From Octopus sinensis (lineage: Eukaryota): a DNA stretch of 64,000 nt. Position numbers and translations under genes: made by a program. The stretch's first letter is position 1; each line of letters starts with the position of its first letter. Under the pieces are notes generated by a model that saw nothing but the letters and a program-made list of their open reading frames with translations, made no database searches and was not told the origin of the DNA. Where the stretch lies: the NCBI RefSeq assembly GCF_006345805.1, contig NW_021832850.1, positions 1 through 64,000 of the forward strand. The letters are read 5' to 3'. Of the stretch, positions 46,124 through 59,467 are shown in pieces.

Positions 46124-49001
46124 AAGGAAAGAAAGGAGTCATGGAGGTGTTGCTATGTACATCCGGGAGGACGTCACACCCCAGGTCCTCTTGTCATACT
46201 CAAACTCGGTGTGTGACACACTAATTGTACATATTAGGCAACTTGATGTAGTTGTGTGTGCTACATATCGCCCTCCAGATGCCCCAAGCCATGAGGGCAA
46301 GTTTGAAGACTGCCTTATAAAAATAGAAGAAATTCTAACCACATTAGAACAACACATAGGTGTGCTTCTTATGGGAGACTTCAATCTGGCCAATGTCAGA
46401 TGGCCCGAGGGCCTTTCTCTCCCAGGAATGACAAGATGTGAACGAGGACAGGCGAGGTCCCTCCTGAACCTCATCAACACCCTGTACATGGAGCAGGTAA
46501 TACTCCAACCAACCAGGGCAGGTAACACACTGGATTTCTGCTTCACAAATGACATGGATCTCATCCATAATGTGAAAGTGACACCGACACTACTCTCGGA
46601 TCACAACATGATAGAGCTGACCATGTACGGGCCAAAAGAGAGCACGGACATGCAGCCTACAAGAAACCCTCAAAATCTTTCCAGCTTGAACTACCATAAA
46701 GCAAACTGGAAACAAATTGAGAAAGAGATCCTCAAACAAAACTGGCCTAAATGTCTCTCCTCGCCAGACATCGACGTGAAACTTCAACAATTCATGTCTG
46801 TAATGCAAGCCATATGCTACAAATGTGTCCCAGAGAGAAAGGCCACTGTACACAAGAACAAAATCCCCAGAGAGAGGAAAATTTTAATGAGACGGCGTAC
46901 GAAATTTTCAAATCGCCTAAACAAACAGATTGAAAGCAGTGAAAAGTCCCGCCTAAAAATAAAACTGTTGGAAATCGAAAAATGTCTGCAACTCTCCCAT
47001 GAAAAAGAAAGAGCAGACAAAGAAGCCTGGGCTATAGAAAACATAAAATCTAACCCCAGAGCTTTCTACAGGTATGCCAAAGAAACAGCTACAGTGCACT
47101 GTAGAATAGGGCCACTCCTCGAAAAGGATGGCACACTTACAGGAAAACCAATGAGGGTAAGTGAAATACTGAATGAGCAATTCAAGAGTGTTTTCACTCC
47201 ACCCCTTGGGCATCTCCAAATCACCAATCCAACTGACTTTTTTACCACTGCAGATATAAAATCAGAGGCGGCGACGATAGATTACATCGATATAAAGGAA
47301 GACGATGTAACCAAGGCTATAGATGAAATGAAAACAGACTCAGCTACTGGCCCCGATGGATTCCCGGCAATCCTCCTAAAAGCATGTAAGAGAGCCCTAG
47401 CAAGACCACTGCAGTTCCTCTTTCAGAGCTTCCTTGCAGCTGGCAAACTTCCAGGAAAACTGAAGGAAGCTAAAATATGCCCCATTCATAAAGGAGGTAG
47501 CAGAGCGGAAGCCAAGAACTATAGACCTATCTCTCTGACCTCACACATCAGCAAGGTCATGGAACGAATAGTCAGAAGGAAGCTGATCACCTTCCTTGAA
47601 GAGAATGACTTGCTACCCGACACCCAACATGGTTTCCGACCAGGGAGAAGCTGTTTAACTCAGCTCCTACAACACTATGACTGGGTGCTGAAACGGCTGC
47701 TCAACCGCTCAAATGTGGAAGTGATATATCTCGACTTTGCAAAGGCCTTTGATAAAGTCGATCATGGAATGATATGTCACAAACTGCGTGATCTCAACAT
47801 AGTTGGAAAACTGGGAGAATGGCTTCATGACTTTCTGAAGGATAGAAGTCAGGTGGTAGTAGCCAATGGGGCCACCTCCATTAACACACAAATAGTGAAC
47901 GGTGTTCCGCAGGGCACTGTTCTGGGACCACTACTGTTCATAATGGCCCTCTCAGACATGCCCTCAGCCACGCAGAGAGCCACGATCACAAGTTATGCAG
48001 ATGATACAAAAGTTTCACAGGCAATACAGAACCCTGAGGACACTAAACACCTGCAATGTGAGCTGGACGAAATATACAAGTGGGCTGAAAAGAATAGCAT
48101 GCAGTTCAATGCTGGAAAGTTTCAAGCTTTATACTATCAGTATGCAAAACTGAATGCAATACCCAATGAATACACTGGACCCGGAGGGATTGCAATCCCA
48201 GAGGCACAATCAGTGCGTGACCTGGGTATTCACATGAGTGATGACGCGACCTTTCATGTACATGTTGCTAAACTGACAATGAAATGTAGACGGCTGGCTG
48301 GATGGATTCTTAGAACCTTTAGAACAAGAGAACAAGAAACCATGATGGTCCTCTGGAAGACACTTGTCCTAAGCCACTTTGACTATTGCTCTCAGCTATG
48401 GTCACCATCCAGTGTCAAGTTGATCACAGAACTTGAGGCGATCCAACGAAGCTACACGAAGAAGATAGCCTCTATGCAGAATGTAAGCTACTGGGAAAGA
48501 CTCAAGAGTTTAAAATTATATTCCCTGGAGCGTAGGCGGGAAAGATATGCCATAATATACATCTGGAAGATCCTGGAGGGAAGTGTCCTGAACTTTGGCA
48601 TCGAGAGTTACGCAAATGCCAGAACTGGGCGCCACTGCGTGGTGCCTAGGACTCCAAACCTGCCATCAAGATGTAGGACAAGATTCTGTGATAGCCTGGG
48701 CTTCCGAGGCCCACAGCTCTTCAATATCCTCCCGAAGAACCTGAGAAACCTGCATGGGGTGGATACAGATGTCTTTAAAATGAAGCTGGATCTCTTCCTG
48801 TCAGGTGTCCCAGATGAACCAACTTCACGGCAGGAGGGGCAGATGAGGGCAGCTGCATCGAACTCTCTCATGCACCAAATAGCAGTTGCTAGAAAGCCTC
48901 CATGAAGTGAAACCAAGTAGCAACACCAAATGGCGGTGCCCCAGCATGGCCACAGCTCATAAGCTGAAACTAGAATCAATCAATCAATCAATCAATCAAT
49001 C
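46124..49001 (+). mobile_element. Young 5'-truncated CR1-group LINE with an uninterrupted 916-codon ORF (partial APE + RT), (AATC)n tail, nested in the PLE
   Basis: ORF 46155-48905: HGGVA.YIR, YRPP, GDFN, LD, SDHN (APE); GPDG, NYRPISL, QHGFR, DFAKAFDKV, GVPQGTVLGP, YADDT, DLG (RT). Confidence 0.95.
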
Positions 49002-50261
49002 ACCCACGAACAACCCCCAACTATCCTCCACACACTAAAAACAGAAATCACCCACAACCAACCTTTGCAAACCACGCAAGACCTAACAGGGAACTAGCTG
49101 ACAGACGACGCGTCTATGAAATAAATTACACCAAAAACAGAACACACCAACAACATCCTAATACCAGACCCAACCACCATACAGCACAAAACGACACTAG
49201 AATAAGAAATACACCACTCACAAGTCGCTACTACCCCATGAACCAAAATTACTGGCCCCACTGAACACAAGACAAACGCAAAAAAACACTATGTCAAGCA
49301 ACATCCCACATACAAGCAGTTCGAAACAAAAATATTTCACATACAGAAATTTTACACACACCACAAACAAAAACAACCATAGATTCCCACACACACACAA
49401 CGATCGGGGGCAACAATACCACCATTCCCCCGACCCAATATCACACAACCTCACAGACAACTCATACAAACAAAATTACACCCAACATTTTTTAGCCAGG
49501 GACCAGAGACACCAGGACACAGGCTGGAACCTAGTAATAAGGAAAAACCGAAGATAATCAATCTTTCAACCAAACCTCTTTCTAACATAAAAATTGACAT
49601 CCTCTCAAAGGGGCTCAAATTTACACCAACTCCACGCAGAGCCAACCTAAATGAAATCAAGGATAATATAACAGAATTTTGCAGAAAATTAAGACTAGCA
49701 GAAGCATCAACCAGTTTCAATACTGAAGATGAATCACTAGTCAAGAACAAAAGTGAACACATCCCACACAGAGGAAGAAATAAAGATCTTGACGAATTCT
49801 GTAACCACATTGAGAACTTTCCCTACCATACTATACATAAACAGATAGTTAACTCAAATTTTAACACTACACAATGGAAAGAACTGATAGAACGTCAAAA
49901 TGATGAGGATATAACCATTAAGGAAGTAGACAAGGGAAATGCAGTTGTAATAATGGATACATCATACTACAGAAATCTTGTAATTTCCTTGCTTGATGAC
50001 GACCTACATTATGAAAAAATTACCAACTACACCCCACAAAAAATAATGAAAACTCTATCTTCACTAATTAAAACCCATGAAAAGGAACTAACAACCAAAG
50101 AGATTGACTTTCTAACAAACTTTAAATGCAAACCTAGCCTTTTCTATGGTCTGCCAAAAATTCATAAAAGTCGAATTATAAATGAAACCATTAAAAAATC
50201 ACCAAAGACATACATACACACGCCTAACCCGGGTGTAGTTTTTTCACTTTTTACTATTTTC

Positions 50262-50270
<9 letters not shown>
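49002..50270 (+). mobile_element. Continuation of the Penelope-like element (RT N-terminal region) ending in a pseudo-LTR tail
   Basis: KGLKFTPTP, DKGNAVVIMD, FYGLPKIHK motifs; 50233-50265 repeats tgtagttttttcactttttactattttctatata seen at about 45224. Confidence 0.85.
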
Positions 50271-50297
<27 letters not shown>

Positions 50298-50489
50298 ATA
50301 TAAGAAGTGTGTGTGTGCTTGAAGTGAGTATGGGCTTCCAGAAATGTTAAGTGACCAATCAGTGTGTGGCTTCACTAAATTACCTGAGTTGATTGGTGCT
50401 TGATTTACGCTTCACAGTTTGTTGAACATGTCAAAAGACTTGTATTTTTACCTTGGCCAAAATAGTAATTGTTTCGTTATTTTTAGAAA

Positions 50490-50910
50490 TGTTTTATTTT
50501 TTCACTCATTTCACTGCGGCCATGCTGTAGCACCACCCTTAGTCGAACAAATCGACTCCAGGGCTTATTCTTTGTAAGCTTAACACTTATTCTACCGCTC
50601 TCTTTTGCCGAACCGCTATGTTACGGGGACGTAGACACAACGGCATTGGTTGTCAAGAGATGGTGGGGTGACAAACATAGACACATACACACAAACACGC
50701 ATACACACACAAACACACACACACACATACATATATATATACACGACGGGCTTCTTTCAATTTCCGTCTACTCACAAATCCACTCACAAACATTTAGTCG
50801 GCTCGAGGCTATAGTAGAAGACACTTACCCAAGATGCCATATAGTGGGACTGAACCCGGAACTATGGGGTTGGTGAGCAAGCTACTTACCACACAGCCAC
50901 TCCTGCGCCT
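50490..50910 (-). mobile_element. tRNA-derived CORE-type SINE (family A)
   Basis: Reverse-complement homologue of 5876-6275; head aggcgcaggagtggctgtgtggtaag. Confidence 0.8.
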
Positions 50911-51221
50911 AGTACGTCATTTTTTTCTTTAGAATTTTCGCGTAAACTTCTTTTGCAAATGGAGACAGTACGGAAACATTAGTCACTTATAATTAAAGAT
51001 GCGTTACGGAAGTTTTTTTGTTTTCTCCTTTTCATTAGGTTATTTACACTTCGCCAAACCCATATGATGGTGTAATCACAGTGAAACTACACCTGAAGTA
51101 TGCCGGCTTTAGCCTGAATCCTGACAGTGTTGATAGCCCAGCAGTCAGGCCGTGTGCTTCTCTGGAAATACCACAGCTTCACACCCAACCTTAGCCACTT
51201 GACCTATACCTTATATATATC

Positions 51222-51470
51222 ATCATCATCATCATCATCATTTAGCGTCCGTTTTCCATGCTAGCATGGGTTGGACGGTTTAACTGGGGTCTGTGAAGCC
51301 GGAAGGCTTCATCAGGCCCAGTCAGATTTGGCAGTGTTTCTACGGCTGGATGCCCTTCCTAATGCCAACCACTCCGTGAGTGTAGTGGGTGCTTTTACGT
51401 GCCACCGGCACGGGGGCCAGGCGAGGCTGGCAACGGACACGAGCGGATGGTGCTTTTACGTGCCAACGGC
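51222..51470 (-). mobile_element. SINE/non-LTR 3' portion with (ATG)n tail (family C)
   Basis: Minus strand ttggcattaggaagggcatccagccgtagaaac...ctaaatgatgatgat; internal repeat of ggtgcttttacgtgcca. Confidence 0.5.
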
Positions 51471-51929
51471 ATATATATATATATGTGTGTGTGTGTTGTG
51501 TGTGTGTGTGTGTGTGTGTGTTGTGTGTGTATGTACAAGAGTTATAGTATAGAGTAGATACGGTGCGGGCTGCACATGGACCATAGCGGCAGGAACCTCA
51601 GAAGTGGTAAATATCCTAGCGAGGTGTATACCGCTGGCTTTTCTACAGACCAAGGATATCTTGATTAAATGAAAGTTTACATTGTCGCAAGGAGGTGCAG
51701 GTTAACGCATGGAAGATTCAATAAGAATATGTTTAAAGCACAATAGGAGAAGAGAATATAAATGTAGAGAGAAATAAGTACTAAAAGAAAAAAGAAATGA
51801 AATTATGAGGGAGTGAGAGGAATGAGGAATTTAAGCAAGGTTATTTTATCAGTAGGGCTGTTTTGGCTGAATCACAATAAATTCTCGGTAGGGTAGTCGT
51901 TTGCGAAATGAGATTCATAATTGGAGAAC

Positions 51930-52300
51930 GAAAGAGCACTTCTCTCCTAACGTTGAAGCGATGTTAATTCCTCCTTTCCACAGTTTAATATTGTTTTCCC
52001 AGCCTTGGAAGCTTTTGAAATTTCTGTTTGCATCTGTACGTCAATCGTTTAAAATTCTTCTTCATTGCAATTTGTTCTTAGCCGTATTATTTGGGTTTCC
52101 TTTCAAAATTTGTCGAGAGCCATCTTTTCTCAAAGTTTTTGTTGTTGATGGAGTTCATTAGCGATATGTTTTATTTGTATGATAGTTTCTTTGGGCGGAT
52201 GATCGGCTGAGCCATTTTCATTTATTTTTGCTTTGCCATTATTTTTAATGAACTTGCAAAAGGGAAATTTAATGGCTATGTGTTTTCGATTGCAGAGGTT
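51930..52300 (-). mobile_element. Degenerate Penelope-like ORF N-terminal fragment
   Basis: Minus-strand IIRLRTNCNEEEF*TID...M resembles LLRLRASTNEETFKSIDEEM in the 45307 ORF. Confidence 0.45.
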
Positions 52301-53338
52301 TCTTGTTGCAGGTGAATGCTATTTTATTGTTCAGTTTTGGGGTTTTGTGTCAGCTTCTAGAGCATCACTGTTTCTATATATATGTATATATTTATATGTA
52401 TGTATTCTTGCATGTATATGCTTATCTATATATGTATATAGAAACTCTTCTAAATCTACTTATATTGTCACGAAATTCTTGTTATTCCACGCGGTTAATG
52501 ACGAAAAGGCAAAGAGAGGTTCCAACATCTACTTGTGGCTACTTCGTCACTTAACTTGGGGGAAATTATAATTTTCTAAAGAGTTACACACGCAATCGAA
52601 TTACAGCTATAGGTTTGGGTAAACACACACACCCATACACACACGCGCGCGCGCACGCAACACATACATATTTGAACATACGCACATTTACATGCACGCA
52701 CACAGAATTATACGTTGCTGACATATGTCACGGAATCTGTATAGATCCACTTAGAAATAAACTTGTACATCCGTGTATAGATACATTGAAATGGTATAGA
52801 GGGCCCTTAATAAGTAGGTATTTCCGTTCTTCCTCTTAGAGGGAGACAAAAACATAGCTATTGCATTGTTTTTCTCTATTCCGGATATGATTATTGAAAA
52901 TGTTTATAGTTAATCAGAAACTTATCAGATTTGGTTACTCTTTTGGACATAGAAGTTGTGAGAAATGTCTGCGGTGAATGTAATCGTTTTCTGCTGTGGA
53001 ATCTTATTGATACTTTCAACCAAACAGATTTCTACGTGTATGTTATTATTTTTCTTTTTTCTTTCTTTCTTTCTTTTTAATTACTGTCTCCATATATGTT
53101 GATTACATGATTTAGTGGTAATTAATGTATATCCTAATTATTTGATAATGTAGTTTTGATGTTTCGTGTTTTCTCTACGGAGCCTATCTATCTCTCTCTC
53201 TCTTCTCTCTCTTCCCTTCTCCCCCTCTTCTTATATATATATATATATGCACATATGTATACGCATGTACATATATACATAAATCCTTAAATCCTTAAAT
53301 CCTTAAATTCCATATTTATATAAATTAAAATATGAACG

Positions 53339-53370
<32 letters not shown>

Positions 53371-53573
53371 AACACATACATACAAACGCACATATACGTA
53401 CATACATGTTGTAACAGACATATATCTGATTTGAAGCAACTATTTCAGCCTATACTTTCAAGTCGATAACTGCTTTTGAAGGAAATTAGTAGACACAACA
53501 TATACTGAAATCCTTCTTGTGTACCTGTGTGTGTATGTATTTGCGCTTATGCGCATATATATACACATATATG

Positions 53574-53614
<41 letters not shown>

Positions 53615-54087
53615 ATATATATATGTGTGTGTATACGCCCTTTAACATCAGTTGGAAATTACTGGAACCTTGTGAACTCTATTGCAATGGAACAAGACTG
53701 TGTAAATTGTGTATGGCAGATATATATATTATTCTCATGAACTCACATGAGCCAGGAGGCTACCTGAACACCAGCGCGGAAGCCGTGGGGAGTTGTCCAC
53801 GTTTTCGGAAATTTTTACTTCAAACTTGGAAAACCTAGCTACCAAGCGAAGGAAGACAACTCGCCCGACCATAATTTTTTAAGAGGAATATTTCTTCAAC
53901 TATCACCGGCGTTCTTGTGTTTAAAAAACATTCTTTGCAGTGAATGGTTATCGTTTATAAAAACTGAAGAAATGTCTAGTCCACGCTAGATATTAAACCA
54001 ATGGGGCTTTTTTTCTAAGCTATTACGTTACACATACAAATGTATATGCGTGTGTGCGTGTTTATATACACTCACGCACACAGACAC

Positions 54088-54150
54088 AGATAGATAGATA
54101 ATTAGATAGATAGATAGATAGATAGATAGATATAGATAGATAGATAGATG

Positions 54151-54226
<76 letters not shown>

Positions 54227-54252
54227 AATAGATAGATAGTTAGATAGACAGA
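54088..54252. repeat. (AGAT)n microsatellite; another at 56205-56310
   Basis: Directly visible. Confidence 0.95.
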
Positions 54253-56039
54253 TAGAAGGAGAAAGAGAGAAGGCGAGAGAGATAGGTATACATACATATA
54301 TGAATAAATTGTTTCTGTGTGTGTGTATGTGTGTGAGCGTGTGTATTTATCTGTGAACCTGTTTGTAAGACTATCAGCGTTTTCACCGGCTCAAAAAAAT
54401 GCGTTTTCTCTGTGTTTATGTCCCCTGTCCTAGCGTTGCCATAACATAATATCGCTACAATATGTACATGATTTAAAAAAAGGAAAAACATACAAGAAAA
54501 TACTAGAGTTTGGTATACATATTTATAAACCCCGTTACAGCGGTGCACCAGTAAGTATAGTTACAATTTAGTGAAAATGTAAATACATATGCCTTTGTAT
54601 ATATAACATAATATAATATATATGGATATGTATACACACACTCACATATGTATATATACTAGAAGGAAAAATGCGAGCAAGAAATAAACAGGGAAATAAC
54701 ATGTAACAAAAACATCTTTAAATGATTATTGGGGAGCATATTCACCATCTACTTCAATTACTGCTTCCAATTAAAAAATTGCAGCTGAGATAAAATTTGA
54801 ATGGGTTGCAAATTAAATAAAATATTCAAAGAAGACAAGCTATTCAATACTGATCGACCATCTTTCAGTCAAGTAGTAGGTCAAAAATAAAAGAAAAAGC
54901 TTAAAATGCTACAGCTAAATTTAAAATTCGATTCATGATTCTTTATTTATTATTAAGACAATTTTATAAAGATGATCTTTATTTTCTTTTAATATATTTA
55001 ACTGCATGAAAGTAAAGTAAAATAATTTTGCCGAAAATAAAACCAAGAACATATTTAATTATTTAAATAGGCTTAAGTTTACTATAGTCAAACATTTAGA
55101 TTATTTTTCTTACGGCTGCTTCTTAATAGGGACACTACTGCAGCTTTGCAGTTTTTGCACCAACTTTTGACTGCTTAAAGTAGCGTAACTTTTTTCTATC
55201 AAACATCTTTCAACGAGATATTCACCCAAAGATTTTACTCATCGATTTTTTAAAAAAAGTACAATTGAAGTACAGTTTTGCTTTTCAAATGATTGAGAAA
55301 TTACGAATCTAAGTAAATATCAGGCATTACTCTCCCATTTTTGGGCCTACATTTTTTATTATAACTTTCTCTCCTCTGAACCAGAATTCGATTATTTTAT
55401 GTCAAAATGTAGCTTACTACTAGTCCATCATAGTGCAGAAACCGAATTAATATTGAGCTTATCTGAATTAGGGGCAAAGAAATTGGATTGGCCGCGAGTG
55501 AGTAAAGGTTGGAAACAACAAATTATCACTTTTTCTAAACTATCACTTTTTTCCAAATATTTTTTAAAGAGATTTTCCCCAAAAAAGATTCTACTCATTG
55601 AGTTCTCTTAAAAATATATTAAATATAGTTTACTTTTGAAACACCTGACATATTTTGATTTTAGGCATCACTTACCAAGTTTGTGGCTACTTAAAAGCTG
55701 CATGACATTTTTCTATCAAATATCTTTTAAAGAGGTGTCAGCAAAATTCTTTCATCGAATTCTTTCCAAAAGATATAACTGAAGTGAAGTTTGCTTTACA
55801 AATAACCGAGAAGTTGCCAGTCAAATAAAATATCAGGCGTCACTCTCCCATATTTGGCCCTACTGTTTTATTACAACAGTTTTTCTACTCAACCAAGCTT
55901 CGATTTTTTAATGTCAAAATGTAGATTGCCACTGGCTTATCATAATGCAAAAACCGATTTAAGATTGAGCTAAAATTGTATTAGGGGTAAAGCGTCAAAA
56001 TAGCTGCGAATGAGTAAAAGTTGACCTTAAGAATATTCT

Positions 56040-56205
56040 TCACAAACCGTTTATCTCTGTTTATTTTCTTATATTCCTCTCTGTTGAAGAGCGTAGGCTC
56101 GAAACGTAAAAGTCGGTTTCATTTTTCCCGAGCGTCAAATTAAATAAACAGCTTGTTGTTCATACACCGGTCTCCGTCTTCTGGTTTTCTATAAATTTCA
56201 ACTAT
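56040..56205 (+). mobile_element. PLE-associated pseudo-LTR fragment with hammerhead-like motif (56081-56112)
   Basis: ctgttgaagagcgtaggctcgaaacgtaaaag, nearly identical to 59111-59142. Confidence 0.55.
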
Positions 56206-56257
56206 ATATATATATATATAGATAGATAGATATAGATAGATAGATAGATAGATAGAT

Positions 56258-56293
<36 letters not shown>

Positions 56294-56841
56294 TAGATAG
56301 ATAGATAGATCGGATTGTTTCATGTATGTTCCATTATATGTTCACTTGAATACTTTCAGAAACACAGATTCATTATAATGTTTGCTTTTTTTAAAATTCA
56401 CTGTAGTTGATGGTTTTTGCAACGGTATTTTTATAAATAATAAACAGAAGTGGATCCAACACAATACTCTGAGCGACATCACAAATGTTTTTTGCTTGTC
56501 TAGAGTAAATTGCATCAATCAGAGTATATAGTCTTATGTTTTTCAGTAAATATTAAATCAACTGACACCGGTGTGGGATAAAGTTTCTAGCAGAATGTTA
56601 TGGCCTACTCTATCGAATGTTTTACTGAAGTCAAGATAAATGACAGCAGCATTGAAACCTCTATCGCGATATTTAGATTGTCATACATTATCTGATTTCA
56701 ACAGTCTCTGCAAAAATGAAGGCTATGCTGGTTTTCGTGTATTTATGGACACAGGCGTGGATGTCATATATTCATATACTCATATATGTATGTATTCACG
56801 TATGTAAATATTCGGTAGATACTCCGAAATTTTGTGTATAC

Positions 56842-56880
<39 letters not shown>

Positions 56881-57019
56881 TAATAGAATATAAGAATAGA
56901 ATCCCAGTAATGATTTTTATCAGATTTTTATATCACCATGCTATAAAAAATTTACTAAGTTGAACAGTATATTTATTTTAGTATGCTTTAGGTAGCAGGA
57001 TGAGAATAGAAGATATTAT

Positions 57020-57760
57020 TTTGAGTCCGTTTGTTTGAAGAAGATGTTGATCTCAATTTCAGTATCTGTTCTTATGATCAAGATGTCCAGGAGGTGTAAT
57101 TGTTTGTGGCTGTATCCCATTGTAAATTGGATATTGTGATTAAGTTGTTAAATTCTAAGAGTTGCTAAAAGTTATATGATCACAGAATGAAACAATCAAC
57201 CAGGTAGTATTTTCAGTTGGTTAGTAAGTATTTTTGGAAGTTGTCTCCAAATTTCAGCCTAGCGTGCTCCTATATTTCGACTTCCAAATATGCCATGACA
57301 AAGTTAGCAAAAGTAGGGTTTACTATCGTTTTCATCGCCGTGCCCATGTTGTGTCTATGGATCTTCTCGTTGAAGTTGAAGAAGTTGTTCTGTGGGATGA
57401 ATTTTATTCCTTCAATGATGAATTCTTTTCCGATTCAGTCAGGAAGGTATTCTAGGAATTTTTTCAGCCAGAACTTTTTGGCTTGTATTTCGCTTTCGTA
57501 AGGGATCTAAGTGTAGAAGTTTATTACATCGAATGAAACCAGAAGGGAGTTTTTGCTGGTTTTGTTCGGGAGATGGTTTAAAAGGTCCAGATCATTCCTT
57601 ATAAAACTCGGTAATTGTTGGAGAATAAGTTTTAGGAGGACGTCAATAGGGTCTGTGTCTGTGGTTGCATTTGGGATCTCTCGGATGTAGAATTTTCCTG
57701 AATAAAGTTGTTTATTTGTTACAGGCTTCCTTTATGGCTTCCCTTTTGTAGATTTTTGGA
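57020..57760 (-). mobile_element. Degenerate Penelope-like RT fragment
   Basis: Minus-strand LVSFDVINFYT, MGTAM...PTFANFVM..LE, LDILI; many stops. Confidence 0.75.
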
Positions 57761-58101
57761 AGCCCTTAAAAGTTGCTGGATTTGCAACTTTCAGTCCTCA
57801 TCGATTATTTCTAATGCTACTGAATTTTGTGCATTTAAACAAGATGAGCCATATTTGTTATGCTATTGAATGTTGGGAACATTTAAATCATTTGAGATTA
57901 TTGAATTTTGTAAGAATTAAATCATTTAAACACGTTTTTCTACTTTACAATTTTAATTTTTTACCATTGATGAACAAACAATTGTTGAAACTAGATTAGT
58001 GTTTATGTAAATAAATTTATTTAAAAACAATTACAAGTTTTTCAAATTCAGGTGCATTTTCAACATCAAATTCTCATACATACATATATACATACATACA
58101 T

Positions 58102-59245
58102 ACCGGTCATTTCCGCTCCACCGGTCACTCCTTGCAACACCTATCTGTGTTCGGTTTGTCCTTACACAGAGGCCATCCGGATTCCCGTTTGCGCCGTGAA
58201 CAGGAATTAATCTTCTCTCTTCGCTCTTATACGCCATTTGGTCTCAACTCTCCCCCCCTCCTCATCTAACCCCACTCTCCCCCCTCCTCACCTATCCTTT
58301 CTCCCCCCGACCCCTACTTCTTCAGTCCTTCATCCTTTCACCCCTACTCCCCTTCCCTTCTTCCCTCTTTCTCCCTCCCTCTTCCCCTTCCCTCTGCTCC
58401 CTCACTCCCTCTCTCCCCTTCTCTCTCCCCCTCTCCCTCTTTCCTCCTTCATCCCCCTCCTCCCTTTCCTTCTCCCCATCCTCTCCTCATCCCCCTTTCT
58501 CCTCCCCCTCCTCTTCCCCTCCCCCTCTTCTCCCCCTCCCCCTCTTCTCCTCACTACACCACATGACTTTACACATCACATCACATATGATGTGCCATAC
58601 TAATACACACACCAACTAATACATACTAATACGTACTAATACATACTAGTACATACTAATACTTACACCAACCCTATACATACACACGTCCAGACCCCGC
58701 ATACGCACTTATACTCTCACACACACACACACACACACCTATACATACCAATACGTACTAATACATACTAATACATACTAATACATACACCAACCCCATA
58801 CATACGCACGTCCAGACCAATCCTACGCACTAATACTCTCTCATACACACACACACACACACACACACCCTTATACATACTAATACATACACCAACCCTA
58901 TACATACACACATCCAGACCCCTCCCACGCACATTTAGCTGGTCCCTCAACCCTTTTATCAACCCTATTATCTCCCCTTATTTCGCTCTCGCGTCTCATG
59001 TTTGATCTTTGACCTCTGGCCGAAATCAGATCGCCATGTTGATTCGTTAGCTACTGCACGCATTTTGTTTCTCTCCTTCTTTCTGTGTTTTTCTCTCTCT
59101 GTGTATCTTTCTGTTGAAGAGCGTAGGCTCGAAACGTTAAAGACTTGTTTTATTTATATTTCCTGAGCGCCATACTAATACAATTGTTCGTTTGTTTTCC
59201 ACCTGCCTTCGTCTTTTGTTTATTTTCATAAAGCTTCCCGTTATA
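58102..59245 (+). mobile_element. Penelope-like 3' end: GIY-YIG C-terminus + pseudo-LTR with C-rich tract, ~125-bp tandem units and a hammerhead-like motif
   Basis: HFRSTGHSLQHLSVFGL...RLRREQELIFSLRSYTPFGLNS; motif at 59106-59143. Confidence 0.7.
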
Positions 59246-59281
59246 TATACATATATATGTATATATACATATATATATATG

Positions 59282-59338
<57 letters not shown>

Positions 59339-59351
59339 CATCAAATTCTCA

Positions 59352-59463
<112 letters not shown>

Positions 59464-59467
59464 GTGT

